From Candidatus Microgenomatus sp. (GTDB lineage: Bacteria > Patescibacteriota > Minisyncoccia > UBA6257 > GWB1-50-10), in the NCBI GenBank assembly GCA_020724805.1, contig DYGI01000002.1:23582-87581 (forward strand): DNA of 64,000 nucleotides. Direction: 5' to 3'. The notes beneath the pieces were generated by a model. That model saw nothing but the letters and a program-made list of their open reading frames with translations. It did not search any database and was not told where the DNA came from. Numbering within the stretch: position 1 is the stretch's first letter; each line of letters begins with the position of its first letter. Positions 46,748-56,923 of this stretch are shown in pieces. The position numbers and the translations under genes are program-made.

Positions 46748-47236
46748 ATGAGTGAAGAACAAAAACCGAAAAAAACCGTAGAAGAGCTGGAAACCGCGCT
46801 CGCCGCGTGCGAAAAGATGCGCGACGAATACCTGGATGGATGGAAGCGCGCGAAAGCCGATTTTGTGAACTATCAGAAGGATGAGGCGGCGCGTGCGGAA
46901 ACGCTTGCGAAGTTCGCCAATGAGGTCATCCTTTCAGATCTTCTCCATGTGCTCGACAGTTTTGACCTCGGTCTTGCTACTGTGGACGAAAAAGACCCCG
47001 CGCGCAAAGGAATGGAGCTTATCCGCGGTCAACTTGAAGAGGCACTCCGCCGGCATGGCGTGGAACGCGTGCAGGTGAAGCCGGGAGACGCGTTTGACCC
47101 TGCGCGGCATGAAGCGGTAGGGGAAGCGGTTTCGGGCGTACCGCCGGGCGCGATTGCCGAAGAGATGGGGGCAGGTTATCTGCTCCACGGCAAGTTGGTC
47201 AGGCCGGTACGGGTGAAGCTCTCAAAAGGTCAGTAA
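46748..47236 (+). CDS. grpE: Nucleotide exchange factor GrpE
   Basis: [32 protein letters not shown]. Confidence 0.95.
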   Translation: MSEEQKPKKTVEELETALAACEKMRDEYLDGWKRAKADFVNYQKDEAARAETLAKFANEVILSDLLHVLDSFDLGLATVDEKDPARKGMELIRGQLEEALRRHGVERVQVKPGDAFDPARHEAVGEAVSGVPPGAIAEEMGAGYLLHGKLVRPVRVKLSKGQ

Positions 47237-47258
47237 AGGAACAATATCAAACAAAACT

Positions 47259-49145
47259 ATGGCAAAAATTTTAGGAATAGATCTTGGCACCACGAACTCC
47301 GCAATGGCAGTAATGGAAGGCGGCACTCCCCGCGTGCTCGAAAATCATGAAGGGAACCGGACCACTCCTTCCATTGTGGCAGTCTCGAAATCGGGCGAAC
47401 GACTGGTAGGTACCACCGCGAAGCGGCAGGCAGTAGTGAATCCGAAGAACACTATTTTTTCCGTGAAGCGGCTCATCGGGCGTCCGTGGAAAGACCCCGA
47501 AGTGGCGCATGATCAGGCATGGTTTCCGTTTCCCATCAAGGAGTCCTCTTCGCATGGAGTGGAAATCGTGATGGGGGAGCGCGGGTACAAACCCGAGGAA
47601 ATTTCCGCGATGGTGCTCCAAAAACTTAAAGCGGACGCGGAAGCGAAGCTTGGAGAAAAAATAGAAGAAGCGGTCATCACCGTGCCGGCATACTTCGACG
47701 ACAGTCAGCGGCAGGCAACCAAGAATGCGGGGGAAATCGCGGGGTTCAAAGTGCGCCGCATCTTGAACGAACCGACCGCGGCGGCATTGGCATACGGGCT
47801 CGACAAACAGAAGAATGAGCAAATCGTGGTTTACGATTTCGGTGGAGGCACGTTCGACATCTCCGTATTGGAAGTGGGTGACAACACGGTGGAGGTGAAG
47901 GCCACGGGTGGTGACACGCACCTGGGCGGCGACGATTTCGACAAGAAGATAATCGAATATCTCGTGGCTGAATATAAGAAACAAGAAGGGGTAGACCTCG
48001 GGAAAGACCCGCTCGCACTCCAGCGGCTGAAGGAATCGGCAGAGCGGGCAAAACATGAGCTTTCGACCGCGGCGGAAACGGAGATAAATCTCCCGTATAT
48101 TACGTCGGGTTCCGATGGGCCTAAGCATTTTGTGATGAAGCTTTCGCGGGCAAAACTTGAAGAACTCGTGCGCCCCGAAGTGGAACGCTCCATCGCGCTC
48201 GTAAAAGAAGCGGTGACCGCGGCGGCGCCAAAAGGGGCCGGCATGAAACTTTCAGATATCGACGAAGTGGTGCTCGTGGGAGGCCAGACGCGGATGCCTC
48301 TTATCCAGGAGGAGGTGAAAAAACTGTTTGGGAAGGAACCCCACAAAGGGATTAATCCTGACGAAGTGGTGGCGGTGGGCGCCGCGGTTCAGGCGGGCAT
48401 TCTCCAAGGAGATGTGAAAGACATACTTCTCCTTGATGTAACGCCCCTTACGCTTGCAATCGAAACGCTCGGCGGAGTGGCGACCCCGATGATACCGAAG
48501 AATACCACGGTGCCGACCGCAAAGACGCAGGTCTTTTCGACCGCCGCGGACAATCAGACCTCGGTGGAGATACATATAAGCCAAGGGGAACGGCCGATGA
48601 CGGCGGACAATAAAACGCTTGCACGCTTCATTCTTGACGGCATTCCGCCCGCGCCGCGTGGCGTACCGCAGGTGGAAGTAACGTTCGATATCGATGCGAA
48701 CGGCATTTTAACCGTGAGCGCGAAAGATAAGGCAACAGGGAAGGCACAGTCGGTGAAGATAGAAGCGTCCACCGCGCTCTCAAAGGACGAGATAGAAAAA
48801 CTCAAGAAAGAGGCGGAACTTCACGCTACCGAGGACGCAAAGAAGCGTGAGCTTATCGATGTGCGAAATCAGGCGGAATCGCTCCTTTATGTCGCGGAGA
48901 AATCGCTCAAAGATGCGGGCGATAAGATTTCCGAGGATATCAAGAAGGCGGTGACGGAAAAAACGGATGCACTGAAAGCGGTAAAGGATGGCGAGGACCA
49001 AGACGCGATTAAAGCGAAGACGCAGGAGCTTTCCACGGAGCTGCAAAAAATCGGCGAGGCACTCTACAAGAATCAAACCCCTCCGCCGGCCGAGGGAACG
49101 CCACCCAGTTCCGAAGGTTCACCCGAGACGCCCCCGCAGGGTTGA
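47259..49145 (+). CDS. dnaK: Chaperone DnaK
   Basis: [44 protein letters not shown]. Confidence 0.98.
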   Translation: MAKILGIDLGTTNSAMAVMEGGTPRVLENHEGNRTTPSIVAVSKSGERLVGTTAKRQAVVNPKNTIFSVKRLIGRPWKDPEVAHDQAWFPFPIKESSSHGVEIVMGERGYKPEEISAMVLQKLKADAEAKLGEKIEEAVITVPAYFDDSQRQATKNAGEIAGFKVRRILNEPTAAALAYGLDKQKNEQIVVYDFGGGTFDISVLEVGDNTVEVKATGGDTHLGGDDFDKKIIEYLVAEYKKQEGVDLGKDPLALQRLKESAERAKHELSTAAETEINLPYITSGSDGPKHFVMKLSRAKLEELVRPEVERSIALVKEAVTAAAPKGAGMKLSDIDEVVLVGGQTRMPLIQEEVKKLFGKEPHKGINPDEVVAVGAAVQAGILQGDVKDILLLDVTPLTLAIETLGGVATPMIPKNTTVPTAKTQVFSTAADNQTSVEIHISQGERPMTADNKTLARFILDGIPPAPRGVPQVEVTFDIDANGILTVSAKDKATGKAQSVKIEASTALSKDEIEKLKKEAELHATEDAKKRELIDVRNQAESLLYVAEKSLKDAGDKISEDIKKAVTEKTDALKAVKDGEDQDAIKAKTQELSTELQKIGEALYKNQTPPPAEGTPPSSEGSPETPPQG

Positions 49146-49167
49146 AATCAGGTAAAATAAAAGCATC

Positions 49168-50217
49168 ATGTTAAATCACGTGAACGTGGTGAGCCAGTCC
49201 AAAGATGAAGAGCGGGACCGGCTCTGGAAGGTTGCGGTGCTCGCGGTCGTGGGACTCGCGGGTAATCTCCTCGCGATATCGGCCCTGAAAACTTTCCTCG
49301 CGACCGCCACCTCCGAACTTCTTTTTGTCATCGCGGGTGCGGCCTTCATCGGGATTACCGTGTTCGTGCTCCAAGCGCTTTTTGTGAAATCGCCCCTCCT
49401 TTTGCGTCTGGTGGTGCTCATAGAAACCTTGATACCCCTTACACTTTTCTTTGAGCATCTCTCCTCGGGACAATCATGGGTGCTTTGGGGGGCCGCGGCG
49501 CTCTTTTTCTTTTTTGCGAACATGGGGTCGGTGCGGGGAGTGCACCAGGCAGCCGGAAACATCTCCATCCGTTTTTTTGACATCGCGCGTACGGTAATTC
49601 CCAAGGTTCTTACCGGGATGCTCATTTTTATGATTGCGCTCGTATACCTCACGTATTTTTCGTGGGGGACGCTGAATGATGCGGTAGGAAGAAGGTTTGT
49701 GAACCAAGTGCTTACGTCCGCGGAGCCCGCCGTCCGTCTGTACTTTTCTCGCACTTCGGTGGACATGACCGTGGGCGAGTTTCTTACCGAGGTGGTTCGG
49801 TCCGAATTGCAAACTGGGGGAGGCTCAGCGTGGAACCTGGTGGCGGACGAGGGCGATATTTCCATATTCAATCAACTTCCCGTGCCGCAACGGGACGCTA
49901 TCATCGCGAACGTGGCGGAAGGGCTGCGCACACATACGCTCGAGCCTATCTTTGGACCCATCGATGCAGACGAACCTATCCGTGACACCGTCTATCGTAT
50001 TTTGGAACAGCGTCTTTCGTCGCTTTCCCCATCGCAGTACGAAACATTTACCATTGGAGGAGTGATATTGATATTCCTTGCAATCAAAGGGTTCCTTTCG
50101 TTGTTTCACTGGCTCATTGCCGCGCTCGCGTACGTCATTTTCAAACTGCTCATGGCGCTCGGGTTCGCCCGCGTAGGGCTTGCAACCCAGTCGCGCGAGT
50201 TTGCGGTGCTTACCTGA
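49168..50217 (+). CDS. Hypothetical polytopic membrane protein between dnaK and dnaJ
   Basis: About 5 N-terminal TMs, a soluble loop and C-terminal TMs; no recognisable motif. Confidence 0.7.
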   Translation: MLNHVNVVSQSKDEERDRLWKVAVLAVVGLAGNLLAISALKTFLATATSELLFVIAGAAFIGITVFVLQALFVKSPLLLRLVVLIETLIPLTLFFEHLSSGQSWVLWGAAALFFFFANMGSVRGVHQAAGNISIRFFDIARTVIPKVLTGMLIFMIALVYLTYFSWGTLNDAVGRRFVNQVLTSAEPAVRLYFSRTSVDMTVGEFLTEVVRSELQTGGGSAWNLVADEGDISIFNQLPVPQRDAIIANVAEGLRTHTLEPIFGPIDADEPIRDTVYRILEQRLSSLSPSQYETFTIGGVILIFLAIKGFLSLFHWLIAALAYVIFKLLMALGFARVGLATQSREFAVLT

Positions 50218-50224
50218 AGCGGAT

Positions 50225-51325
50225 ATGGCGAAGGATTATTACAAAGTACTCGGAGTGGCGCGCGGCGCTACCGAGGAAGAGATAAAAAAAGCATATCGAA
50301 AGCTTGCGCATGCGCACCATCCCGATAAGGCGGGAGGCTCTGAGGCGAAGTTCAAGGAGGTGAACGAAGCCTACCAAGTGCTCGGCAACAAAGAAAAGCG
50401 GGCGCAATACGACCGTTTCGGGCAGGTTTTTGAAGGAGGTGCAGGACCGCAAGGCAATCCATTCGCCGGCTTCGGCGGGTTTGGAGGTTTCGAGCAGAGC
50501 GGGTTTCGTGTGAACATGGAGGACCTCGGCGACCTCGGCGAGGTTTTTGAAGGAATGTTCGGTGGAGGGTTCGGCGGCGGACGACGCGAAACCTACAAGC
50601 GCGGTTCGGACGTGGAAGTGGTTGCCGAACTTTCGATGGACGAAGCGTTCCACGGCGTGGCGCGCACCATACGGTTTACCACCGCGGTGATTTGCACGAA
50701 GTGTAAGGGTATCGGATACGACAAAGCGAAGGGAATGACGCAATGTGGTACATGCAAAGGTAAAGGCGAGGTGCGCGAGGCGCGCCGTACGTTCTTTGGA
50801 AACTTCACGCAGGTGCGCTCGTGCCCCACATGTAAGGGACGTGGCGAAACGCCGAATGAAGAGTGCAAACTGTGCGGCGGTTCCGGTCGCGTAACCGGCA
50901 CGCGCGAGGTGAAGATAGATATCGCACCGGGCGTAGAAGACGGGCAGGTCATTCAGGTTGCTGGCATGGGCGAGGCGGGCGAACAAGGCGCTTCGGCCGG
51001 AGACCTTTACGTTATTGTGCGCGTGAAGCCGCACGTTGCGTTCGAGAGGAAAAAATCCGACCTTTTCACCTCGCTTGAGGTGAAGCTCACCGACTTGGCA
51101 CTTGGAAAAACGCTTGAGGTTATCGGCGTGGATCAGGAGCGCATCAAAGTCGACGTGCCCGCCGGATACGATATCCACGCGCCCTTGAAGGTTTCGGGGA
51201 AGGGGATGCCGCGCTTCGGCTCCTTCGGCCGCGGCGACCTTTACCTTACGCTCCGCGTAAAGACGCCGAAAAAACTCTCCGCAAAAGCGAAGAAGTTACT
51301 AGAGGAACTCGAGGGAGAGTTCTGA
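50225..51325 (+). CDS. dnaJ: Chaperone DnaJ
   Basis: KDYY.VLGV, HPD, G/F-rich region, four CxxCxGxG repeats. Confidence 0.97.
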   Translation: MAKDYYKVLGVARGATEEEIKKAYRKLAHAHHPDKAGGSEAKFKEVNEAYQVLGNKEKRAQYDRFGQVFEGGAGPQGNPFAGFGGFGGFEQSGFRVNMEDLGDLGEVFEGMFGGGFGGGRRETYKRGSDVEVVAELSMDEAFHGVARTIRFTTAVICTKCKGIGYDKAKGMTQCGTCKGKGEVREARRTFFGNFTQVRSCPTCKGRGETPNEECKLCGGSGRVTGTREVKIDIAPGVEDGQVIQVAGMGEAGEQGASAGDLYVIVRVKPHVAFERKKSDLFTSLEVKLTDLALGKTLEVIGVDQERIKVDVPAGYDIHAPLKVSGKGMPRFGSFGRGDLYLTLRVKTPKKLSAKAKKLLEELEGEF

Positions 51326-51359
51326 ATTGACGAACGCCTAGAATTCGGTATTATTGAGG

Positions 51360-51460
51360 TGTCCGTAGACAGCAGGTGGGGAATACCCATAAATCCTGCC
51401 GAGGGAACGCCAATTTCGGCGTGTACCACTACGGCTCAAAGGTCGTGGTGTTTCTTTTAA
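51360..51460 (+). ncRNA. L10 ribosomal protein leader (autoregulatory RNA)
   Basis: CCGTAGACAGCAGG...TAAATCCTGCCGAGG kink-turn-like pattern directly upstream of rplJ; promoter TTGACG(51327)..TATTAT(51349); downstream hairpin plus T-rich tract. Confidence 0.8.
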
Positions 51461-51473
51461 AGAAACGAGCCAA

Positions 51474-51965
51474 ATGAAAACAAAAGCACAAAAGAAAGAG
51501 CAGATAGAAAGCGGTGTGAAGGGGATGGCGAAGAGCGAAACCCTGGTCCTCGCGGATTTCACCGGCGTGCCTACGAAGGAACTGAATGCGTTCCGGAAAA
51601 CGCTTCGCGGAATGGGAGCGGCGTTCACAGTGGTGAAGAAACGACTCTTTAAGCTGATGCTTAAAGAGCAGGGGATAGATTTCGACCCAAAGACCTTGGA
51701 TGGTCAGCTCGGGGTCGTATTCTCGCCGAAGGACCTCGTGGAGACCGCGGGCGTGACCTATAAATTTTCGAAGGGTAAGGAAGCGTTCAAGATATTGGGC
51801 GGCTTCAATTTGAAAGATAAACAATTCCTCGAAGGTGTGGATGTGGTGCGCTATGGCGCGCTCCCGCCGCGGGAAGTTCTGTTGGGCCAGCTCGTGGGCA
51901 TGCTTACGGTTCCTATCCGGCAATTCATGACCGTGTTGAACGAAAAAGCGAAAAAGTCGAATTAA
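51474..51965 (+). CDS. rplJ: 50S ribosomal protein L10
   Basis: [26 protein letters not shown]. Confidence 0.95.
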   Translation: MKTKAQKKEQIESGVKGMAKSETLVLADFTGVPTKELNAFRKTLRGMGAAFTVVKKRLFKLMLKEQGIDFDPKTLDGQLGVVFSPKDLVETAGVTYKFSKGKEAFKILGGFNLKDKQFLEGVDVVRYGALPPREVLLGQLVGMLTVPIRQFMTVLNEKAKKSN

Positions 51966-51975
51966 AACTATTACC

Positions 51976-52341
51976 ATGGAAAAATACAACGACATCATCG
52001 AGAAGGTTGAGAAACTTACCGTGCTCGAACTCTCCGAGCTCGTGAAGGCGCTCGAAGAGAAGTTTGGCGTGTCGGCGGCCGCGATGGCGGTTGCGGGTGC
52101 AGGTGCGGGCGCGGCAGCGGCGGAGGAAAAGACCGCATGGAACGTCATCTTGAAGTCGGGCGGCGAACAAAAAATAAACGTCATCAAGGTGGTGAAGGAA
52201 GCGACGGGTCTTGGCCTCAAAGAGGCGAAGGACATCGTGGACGGCGCTCCGAAGCCGGTGAAAGAAGGTCTGAAAAAAGAAGAGGCGGAAGAGTTGAAGA
52301 AAAAACTCGAAGAGGCCGGCGCAACGGTCGAGCTCCAATAG
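51976..52341 (+). CDS. rplL: 50S ribosomal protein L7/L12
   Basis: [15 protein letters not shown]...[18 protein letters not shown]. Confidence 0.97.
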   Translation: MEKYNDIIEKVEKLTVLELSELVKALEEKFGVSAAAMAVAGAGAGAAAAEEKTAWNVILKSGGEQKINVIKVVKEATGLGLKEAKDIVDGAPKPVKEGLKKEEAEELKKKLEEAGATVELQ

Positions 52342-52357
52342 TAAAATTTCCGCATTC

Positions 52358-52388
52358 ACAAAACGCCCCGAAACGGGGCGTTTTTGTT
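52358..52388 (+). terminator. Intrinsic terminator
   Basis: AAAACGCCCCG-AAA-CGGGGCGTTTTT. Confidence 0.85.
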
Positions 52389-52453
52389 TGACGGGGGAAG
52401 TTGGGAGTGATACATCTAGTATTAGATCAAGAACATCATAGGAGACAAATAGT

Positions 52454-52867
52454 ATGGAAACGCTTCTAGAGCGCACCAAAGTGCGGAAAGGCATACTCCG
52501 CAGCACCATTGTGGAAGCCATCCAGGGAAGCCGCTCGAGTGGTTGTTCGGTGAACAGCATCATAGACGAACTCACAAGGAACGATGAAATGGAGCATACA
52601 TTCAATCGTGCTATCGTCGAGGTTCTCGTGGATGAATTGTGCTCAGAGGGGCTTGTGGAACGGAGCAATCGTGTCGTTCGTTGGAATCATGGGCGATTGC
52701 TTTGTGGGAAACCGGATGCGCCGAACGATCTTCCACTCGAGGAAGCCAAGAAAAATCCTACGAAGTGTCTGTGCTGTGGCACGAGGATGAGGATTGTTCT
52801 TGCGGAAAGCGCTTCTATGCAGATGCTCGGTGTATACACTCTTATCTGCGACTACTGTTCCGGGTAG
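52454..52867 (+). CDS. Hypothetical protein with a winged-helix-like N-domain and a C-terminal Zn ribbon
   Basis: L..L..EGLVE wHTH-like segment; CLCC...CDYC; AGGAG upstream; terminator at 52882-52914. Confidence 0.6.
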   Translation: METLLERTKVRKGILRSTIVEAIQGSRSSGCSVNSIIDELTRNDEMEHTFNRAIVEVLVDELCSEGLVERSNRVVRWNHGRLLCGKPDAPNDLPLEEAKKNPTKCLCCGTRMRIVLAESASMQMLGVYTLICDYCSG

Positions 52868-52938
52868 ACCCTATCATTCGGAAACGGCGCTGGATTGCCA
52901 AATCCACGCCGTTTTGTTTTACTGGAATCAGGATTTTT

Positions 52939-53010
52939 GCGCGTTTAGCTCAGTGGTAGAGCGCTTCGTTCACATCGAAGAGGTCGCTGGTTCGATCCCA
53001 GCAACGCGCA
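52939..53010 (+). tRNA. tRNA-Val(CAC), no encoded CCA
   Basis: Acceptor GCGCGTT/AACGCGC, D-loop AGTGGTA, anticodon arm CTTCG-TTCACAT-CGAAG, T-loop GTTCGAT. Confidence 0.96.
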
Positions 53011-53016
53011 CTGCGT

Positions 53017-53433
53017 ATGGAACGATTCTTTTCACGTATACTCCCACAATACGAAACCTCCCTTATCCAAGCACTTCGCATTGCGCTCGGTGTCATTTTC
53101 GTGTGGTTCGGAGTTTTGAAAATATTCGGCTACAATCCCGTGTACGAGATCATTCACGCGAGCTTTCCTTGGTTTGCGGAAGGGATTGGACTCGTCGTAC
53201 TCGGCGTGATCGAAGTTCTCATTGGCGTTGGTCTTTTTATTAACCTTGTTCCGCGAGCGGTACATGCGGCACTTCTATTCCATCTCCTCGGCACGCTCAC
53301 GGTGTTCGTCTCAGGACCCGAGGTAATGTTCCAGCCGTTCTTTCCTATCCTCACGCTTGCGGGTGAGTTTGTGTTTAAGAATATAGTGCTTGCGCTCTCG
53401 GGACTCGTAGTTCTCGGGCATCGAAAGACGTAG
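53017..53433 (+). CDS. DoxX-family membrane protein
   Basis: LRIALG.IF.WFG.LK, G..E...G, GEFVFKN. Confidence 0.8.
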   Translation: MERFFSRILPQYETSLIQALRIALGVIFVWFGVLKIFGYNPVYEIIHASFPWFAEGIGLVVLGVIEVLIGVGLFINLVPRAVHAALLFHLLGTLTVFVSGPEVMFQPFFPILTLAGEFVFKNIVLALSGLVVLGHRKT

Positions 53434-53443
53434 AGGTCATTGG

Positions 53444-53525
53444 TGTACCTCGTTCAAAGTCGCGCTCGCGATGGAATCGCGAGTCTCTCCAGGACCGCTG
53501 GCGCGGCTACTTTAAACGGGGTGAA
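53444..53525. mobile_element. Miniature inverted-repeat element, copy 3 (74 bp, interior inverted relative to copy 2)
   Basis: TGTA|CCTCGTTCAAAGT...ACTTTAAACGGGG|TGAA; the 48 nt interior is the reverse complement of the copy 2 interior (38/48 identical by eye). Confidence 0.75.
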
Positions 53526-53640
53526 CAAGATGTTGATAACTTCACGCTGAGAATTTACGAAGTGTAGGTAAATAAAGAACTTTTTTACCACGCCCCACAT
53601 TAGGGCGTGGTGTTTGTTGGTGTTGAGGAAGGGAGCGATA

Positions 53641-53709
53641 TGATATACTAGTGGCACGAAGTGGGGAATTGTGGATAAAGGTGTGGATAAGGCCTAATTC
53701 TGGGGATAA
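53641..53709 (+). promoter_or_regulatory. dcw promoter region with MraZ-type GTGG repeats and DnaA boxes
   Basis: TG-A-TATACT (53641-53649); GTGG at 53651, 53661, 53671 (10 bp period); TGTGGATAA at 53670 and 53682; TGGGGATAA at 53701. Confidence 0.7.
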
Positions 53710-53715
53710 GTACCT

Positions 53716-54147
53716 ATGTTTCTAGGAGAATACAAACACTCATTGGATCCGAAGGGGCGCTTGGCGCTTCCCGCGAAATTCCGCGCGAAGCTGAAAGAGG
53801 GCGCCATTATCACGCGCGGTTTGGACCGTTGTCTTTTTGTGTTTGGAAAAACCGAATGGGAAAAACTTGCGGAAAAACTTGCGGCGCTTCCTTTGGCGCA
53901 GGCGAACTCGCGCGCATTTTCGCGACTTATGCTCGCGGGAGCATCCGATGTAGAGCTTGATGGGCAAGGGCGCATTTTAGTTCCTGATTATTTAAGAGAA
54001 TACGCCGGACTTTCGAAAACCGCGATTATTGCGGGGGTGATGAACCGACTCGAAGTCTGGGACGAGAAATCTTGGACTCAATACAAATCGCGGACGGAGT
54101 CCGCTTCCGATGATATCGCCGAGCAATTAGGGGCGCTCGGAATATAG
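53716..54147 (+). CDS. mraZ: Transcriptional regulator MraZ
   Basis: MFLGEY.HSLDPKGRL.LP, LD.QGRIL.P, LEVW. Confidence 0.97.
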   Translation: MFLGEYKHSLDPKGRLALPAKFRAKLKEGAIITRGLDRCLFVFGKTEWEKLAEKLAALPLAQANSRAFSRLMLAGASDVELDGQGRILVPDYLREYAGLSKTAIIAGVMNRLEVWDEKSWTQYKSRTESASDDIAEQLGALGI

Positions 54148-54160
54148 AAAGGTCGATGCG

Positions 54161-55030
54161 ATGCATGCCCCTGTACTTTTAGACGAAGTCATTAAGGCGC
54201 TCGATCTCCATGAAGGAGATTTCGCGGTAGACGGAACGTTGGGAGGAGGCGGACACGCGAAAGCGATGCTCCGCGCGATAGGGAGGCGAGGACGTTTGCT
54301 GGGAATCGATCGTGATGTTCATGCGCTCGCGAGAGCGCGTGAAACGCTCGAGGAACTCCGGAACGTAATTTTGATACAGGATTCGTATGCCGAGCTTCCC
54401 GCGATTCTTGCCCGCGAAAAACTACCGAAGGCGGACGCGCTTCTCCTTGATCTTGGACTTTCGTCCGACCAACTTGAGGCGAGCGGACGAGGATTCAGTT
54501 TTCAGCGTGATGAACCTTTGGACATGCGCTTTGACACGCGCGAAGGAGAAACTGCCGCAGCATTCATTGCGAAGGCAACGGTCGCGGAACTCACGCGCGC
54601 GTTTCGAGAATATGGAGAAGAGCGCAGCGCCGAAAAGTTTGCGCGTGCCATTGTGGATGCGCGGAGGAGGGAGCCCATCCGGACAAGCGGCATGCTCGCA
54701 CGCATTGTTGAGCGTGCGGCCGGCGGGCGCGGTCGCATACATCCCGCCACAAAAGTGTTCATGGCGCTTCGCATTGCGGTGAATCGCGAACTTGACCAAC
54801 TTCGCACGCTCATCCCTTCGTTGCGGCGGGTGGTGAAGCCCGGCGGTCGTGTAGCGGTCATCACGTTTCATTCAGTGGAAGACCGCGTGGTGAAGGAAGG
54901 GTTCCGCGCGCTCGCAAAAGAAGGCGCTGCGACCATTCTCACCAAACACGTGATAAGGCCCACTCGCGCCGAAGTGCTCGCAAACCCCCGAAGCCGTTCC
55001 GCAAAGCTCCGTTCCATACAAATACTATGA
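54161..55030 (+). CDS. rsmH: 16S rRNA m4C1402 methyltransferase
   Basis: H.PVLL.E, DGTLGGGGH, DLGLSS.Q, PLDMR, FHSVEDR, NPRSRSAKLR. Confidence 0.97.
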   Translation: MHAPVLLDEVIKALDLHEGDFAVDGTLGGGGHAKAMLRAIGRRGRLLGIDRDVHALARARETLEELRNVILIQDSYAELPAILAREKLPKADALLLDLGLSSDQLEASGRGFSFQRDEPLDMRFDTREGETAAAFIAKATVAELTRAFREYGEERSAEKFARAIVDARRREPIRTSGMLARIVERAAGGRGRIHPATKVFMALRIAVNRELDQLRTLIPSLRRVVKPGGRVAVITFHSVEDRVVKEGFRALAKEGAATILTKHVIRPTRAEVLANPRSRSAKLRSIQIL

Positions 55031-55338
55031 CCATCATCAAACCTCACAAAAATTTCGCATTGAAGCATTTTTTCATCTCACTTTTCGCACTTCTTGCCGT
55101 AGGAGGAGGGTTTTACATACTTGAATACAACAGTTTAGCCTCCGAGCGTTATGAGGTAAGCGAGTTGAAGCAGGCGGTGGAGCGGGCGCGGGAGGTGAAT
55201 GCGGACCTTAAAAATGCGCTCTACGAGAAGCTTGACCCTTCCAAATTGAAGCCTCTTGCGGCAGCCAGCGGACTTACCATCGACCGGAATCCTGAATATC
55301 TGACATTTTCCTCATGGCGGTCCGTTTCTTCCTACTAA
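55027..55338 (+). CDS. FtsL-like cell division protein
   Basis: Single TM plus coiled coil, between rsmH and the PBP gene. Confidence 0.65.
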   Translation: MTIIKPHKNFALKHFFISLFALLAVGGGFYILEYNSLASERYEVSELKQAVERAREVNADLKNALYEKLDPSKLKPLAAASGLTIDRNPEYLTFSSWRSVSSY

Positions 55339-56900
55339 ATTTTTGCTTTGCGCTTCTTTTTGCGCTCCTTGGCTTTAACCTTTATCAGCTCCAAATAGAT
55401 CAAGGCGCGGTTTATTTTGAACGTGCGGAAGCGCTTTCCGCGGCGCGCGAGGAACATTCGCTCAAGCGGGGGCGTATTTTTGTGATGAACCGTGGCGGCG
55501 CGGAAATACCCGTGGCGCAGAATAAAAGTGCGCCGGCAGTATTCGCGAGCCCCAAAAGCATCGAGGACGATAAGGAAGCTGCGGCATTTGTCGCGCCGCT
55601 TCTCGGTATGTCCGTATCGGCGCTTGAGGCCTCTTTTGCAAATAAAAAAAATCAATATCTCCTTCTCACCGACGAGGTTTCCGATGAACTTATTGCCGCG
55701 CTCCGAGACGCACCTAAAGGTATTTACATGGATGAGAAAGAATTTCGCTTCTACCCGCACGAGAGGTTTGCGGCGAATCTTTTGGGGTTTGTAGGGATGA
55801 ATGCGACCACACAAAAACCAAAAGGTCTTTATGGTGTGGAAAAATATTTCGATGCCGCGCTCGCGGAAGAAAAAGACGTAAAACTTTCCATCGATTGGGG
55901 CGTGCAGGGAGAAGTCGAGGACGTGCTCTCGAACTTAATAAACGACTATGGCGCAACCGGAGGCACGATTATCGTGATGGACCCGAAAACCGGAAAACTT
56001 CTTGCGCTCGCGTCGAAGCCGGATTTTGATCCGAACCGATATAAGGAATTTCCTGTGGCGAATTTTATGAACCCGGCATTCGCGTATCAATACGAGCCGG
56101 GATCCGTGATGAAGGCGATCACCATGGCCGCCGCTATCGATGCGGGTGCGGTGACGCCCACCACTATGTACACGGATTACGGATATGTGACGCGCAACAG
56201 CCGCACCATCCGCAATTTCGAGCCAAAGCCATATGGAAAAGTGACTATGACAAACGTCATCGAGCGTTCCATAAATACCGGAAGCGTATTTGCGGCGGAA
56301 GCGCTCGGGCGCGGAAAATTCACCGAATATATGGAACGCTTCGGGTTTGGTTCGCCGACGAACATTGGCGCGTCCGACGAAGTGGCGGGAAGTCTGAAAA
56401 ACCTTACCAAATCCGATTCGAAGGCAATCGACCTCGCTACCGCGTCGTTCGGGCAGGGCACCGCGGTGACACCACTTCAATTAATCACCGCCTATGCGGC
56501 GCTTGCGAACGGAGGAGTACGTATGACTCCCTCGTTTCTTGCGGACGATGCGCCACGGGAAGCGGGGCGCGCAGTTTCAAAAGAAGCCGCGGAGAAGGTG
56601 CTTTCCATGCTTGAATCGGCGGTAAATGTGAATAAGGTGGCGGTCATCCCGAACTATCGGATGGGCGGAAAAACCGGGACGGCGCTCATCCCTGAGGCGG
56701 GTGGATATTCCGAAGAACTTATCCATACGTTCGTGGGAGTGGCGCCGATTTCCGATCCCCGGTTTGTGGTCCTCGCGAAACTGGATAAGCCGCAGGTGGG
56801 AGAGCTTGCAGGTATCACGGTGGTTCCGGCAGTGCGTGAGCTTATGACATCGCTTCTCACGCGCTACCGCGTGCCGCCGGACAACCTCTCGGTGGAATAA
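55314..56900 (+). CDS. ftsI: Class B penicillin-binding protein (FtsI-like)
   Basis: RG.I, YEPGSVMK (SxxK), SIN, GKTGTA; dcw position. Confidence 0.85.
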   Translation: MAVRFFLLNFCFALLFALLGFNLYQLQIDQGAVYFERAEALSAAREEHSLKRGRIFVMNRGGAEIPVAQNKSAPAVFASPKSIEDDKEAAAFVAPLLGMSVSALEASFANKKNQYLLLTDEVSDELIAALRDAPKGIYMDEKEFRFYPHERFAANLLGFVGMNATTQKPKGLYGVEKYFDAALAEEKDVKLSIDWGVQGEVEDVLSNLINDYGATGGTIIVMDPKTGKLLALASKPDFDPNRYKEFPVANFMNPAFAYQYEPGSVMKAITMAAAIDAGAVTPTTMYTDYGYVTRNSRTIRNFEPKPYGKVTMTNVIERSINTGSVFAAEALGRGKFTEYMERFGFGSPTNIGASDEVAGSLKNLTKSDSKAIDLATASFGQGTAVTPLQLITAYAALANGGVRMTPSFLADDAPREAGRAVSKEAAEKVLSMLESAVNVNKVAVIPNYRMGGKTGTALIPEAGGYSEELIHTFVGVAPISDPRFVVLAKLDKPQVGELAGITVVPAVRELMTSLLTRYRVPPDNLSVE

Positions 56901-56923
56901 GCGAGGTGTGGTACTCTTCGGAT

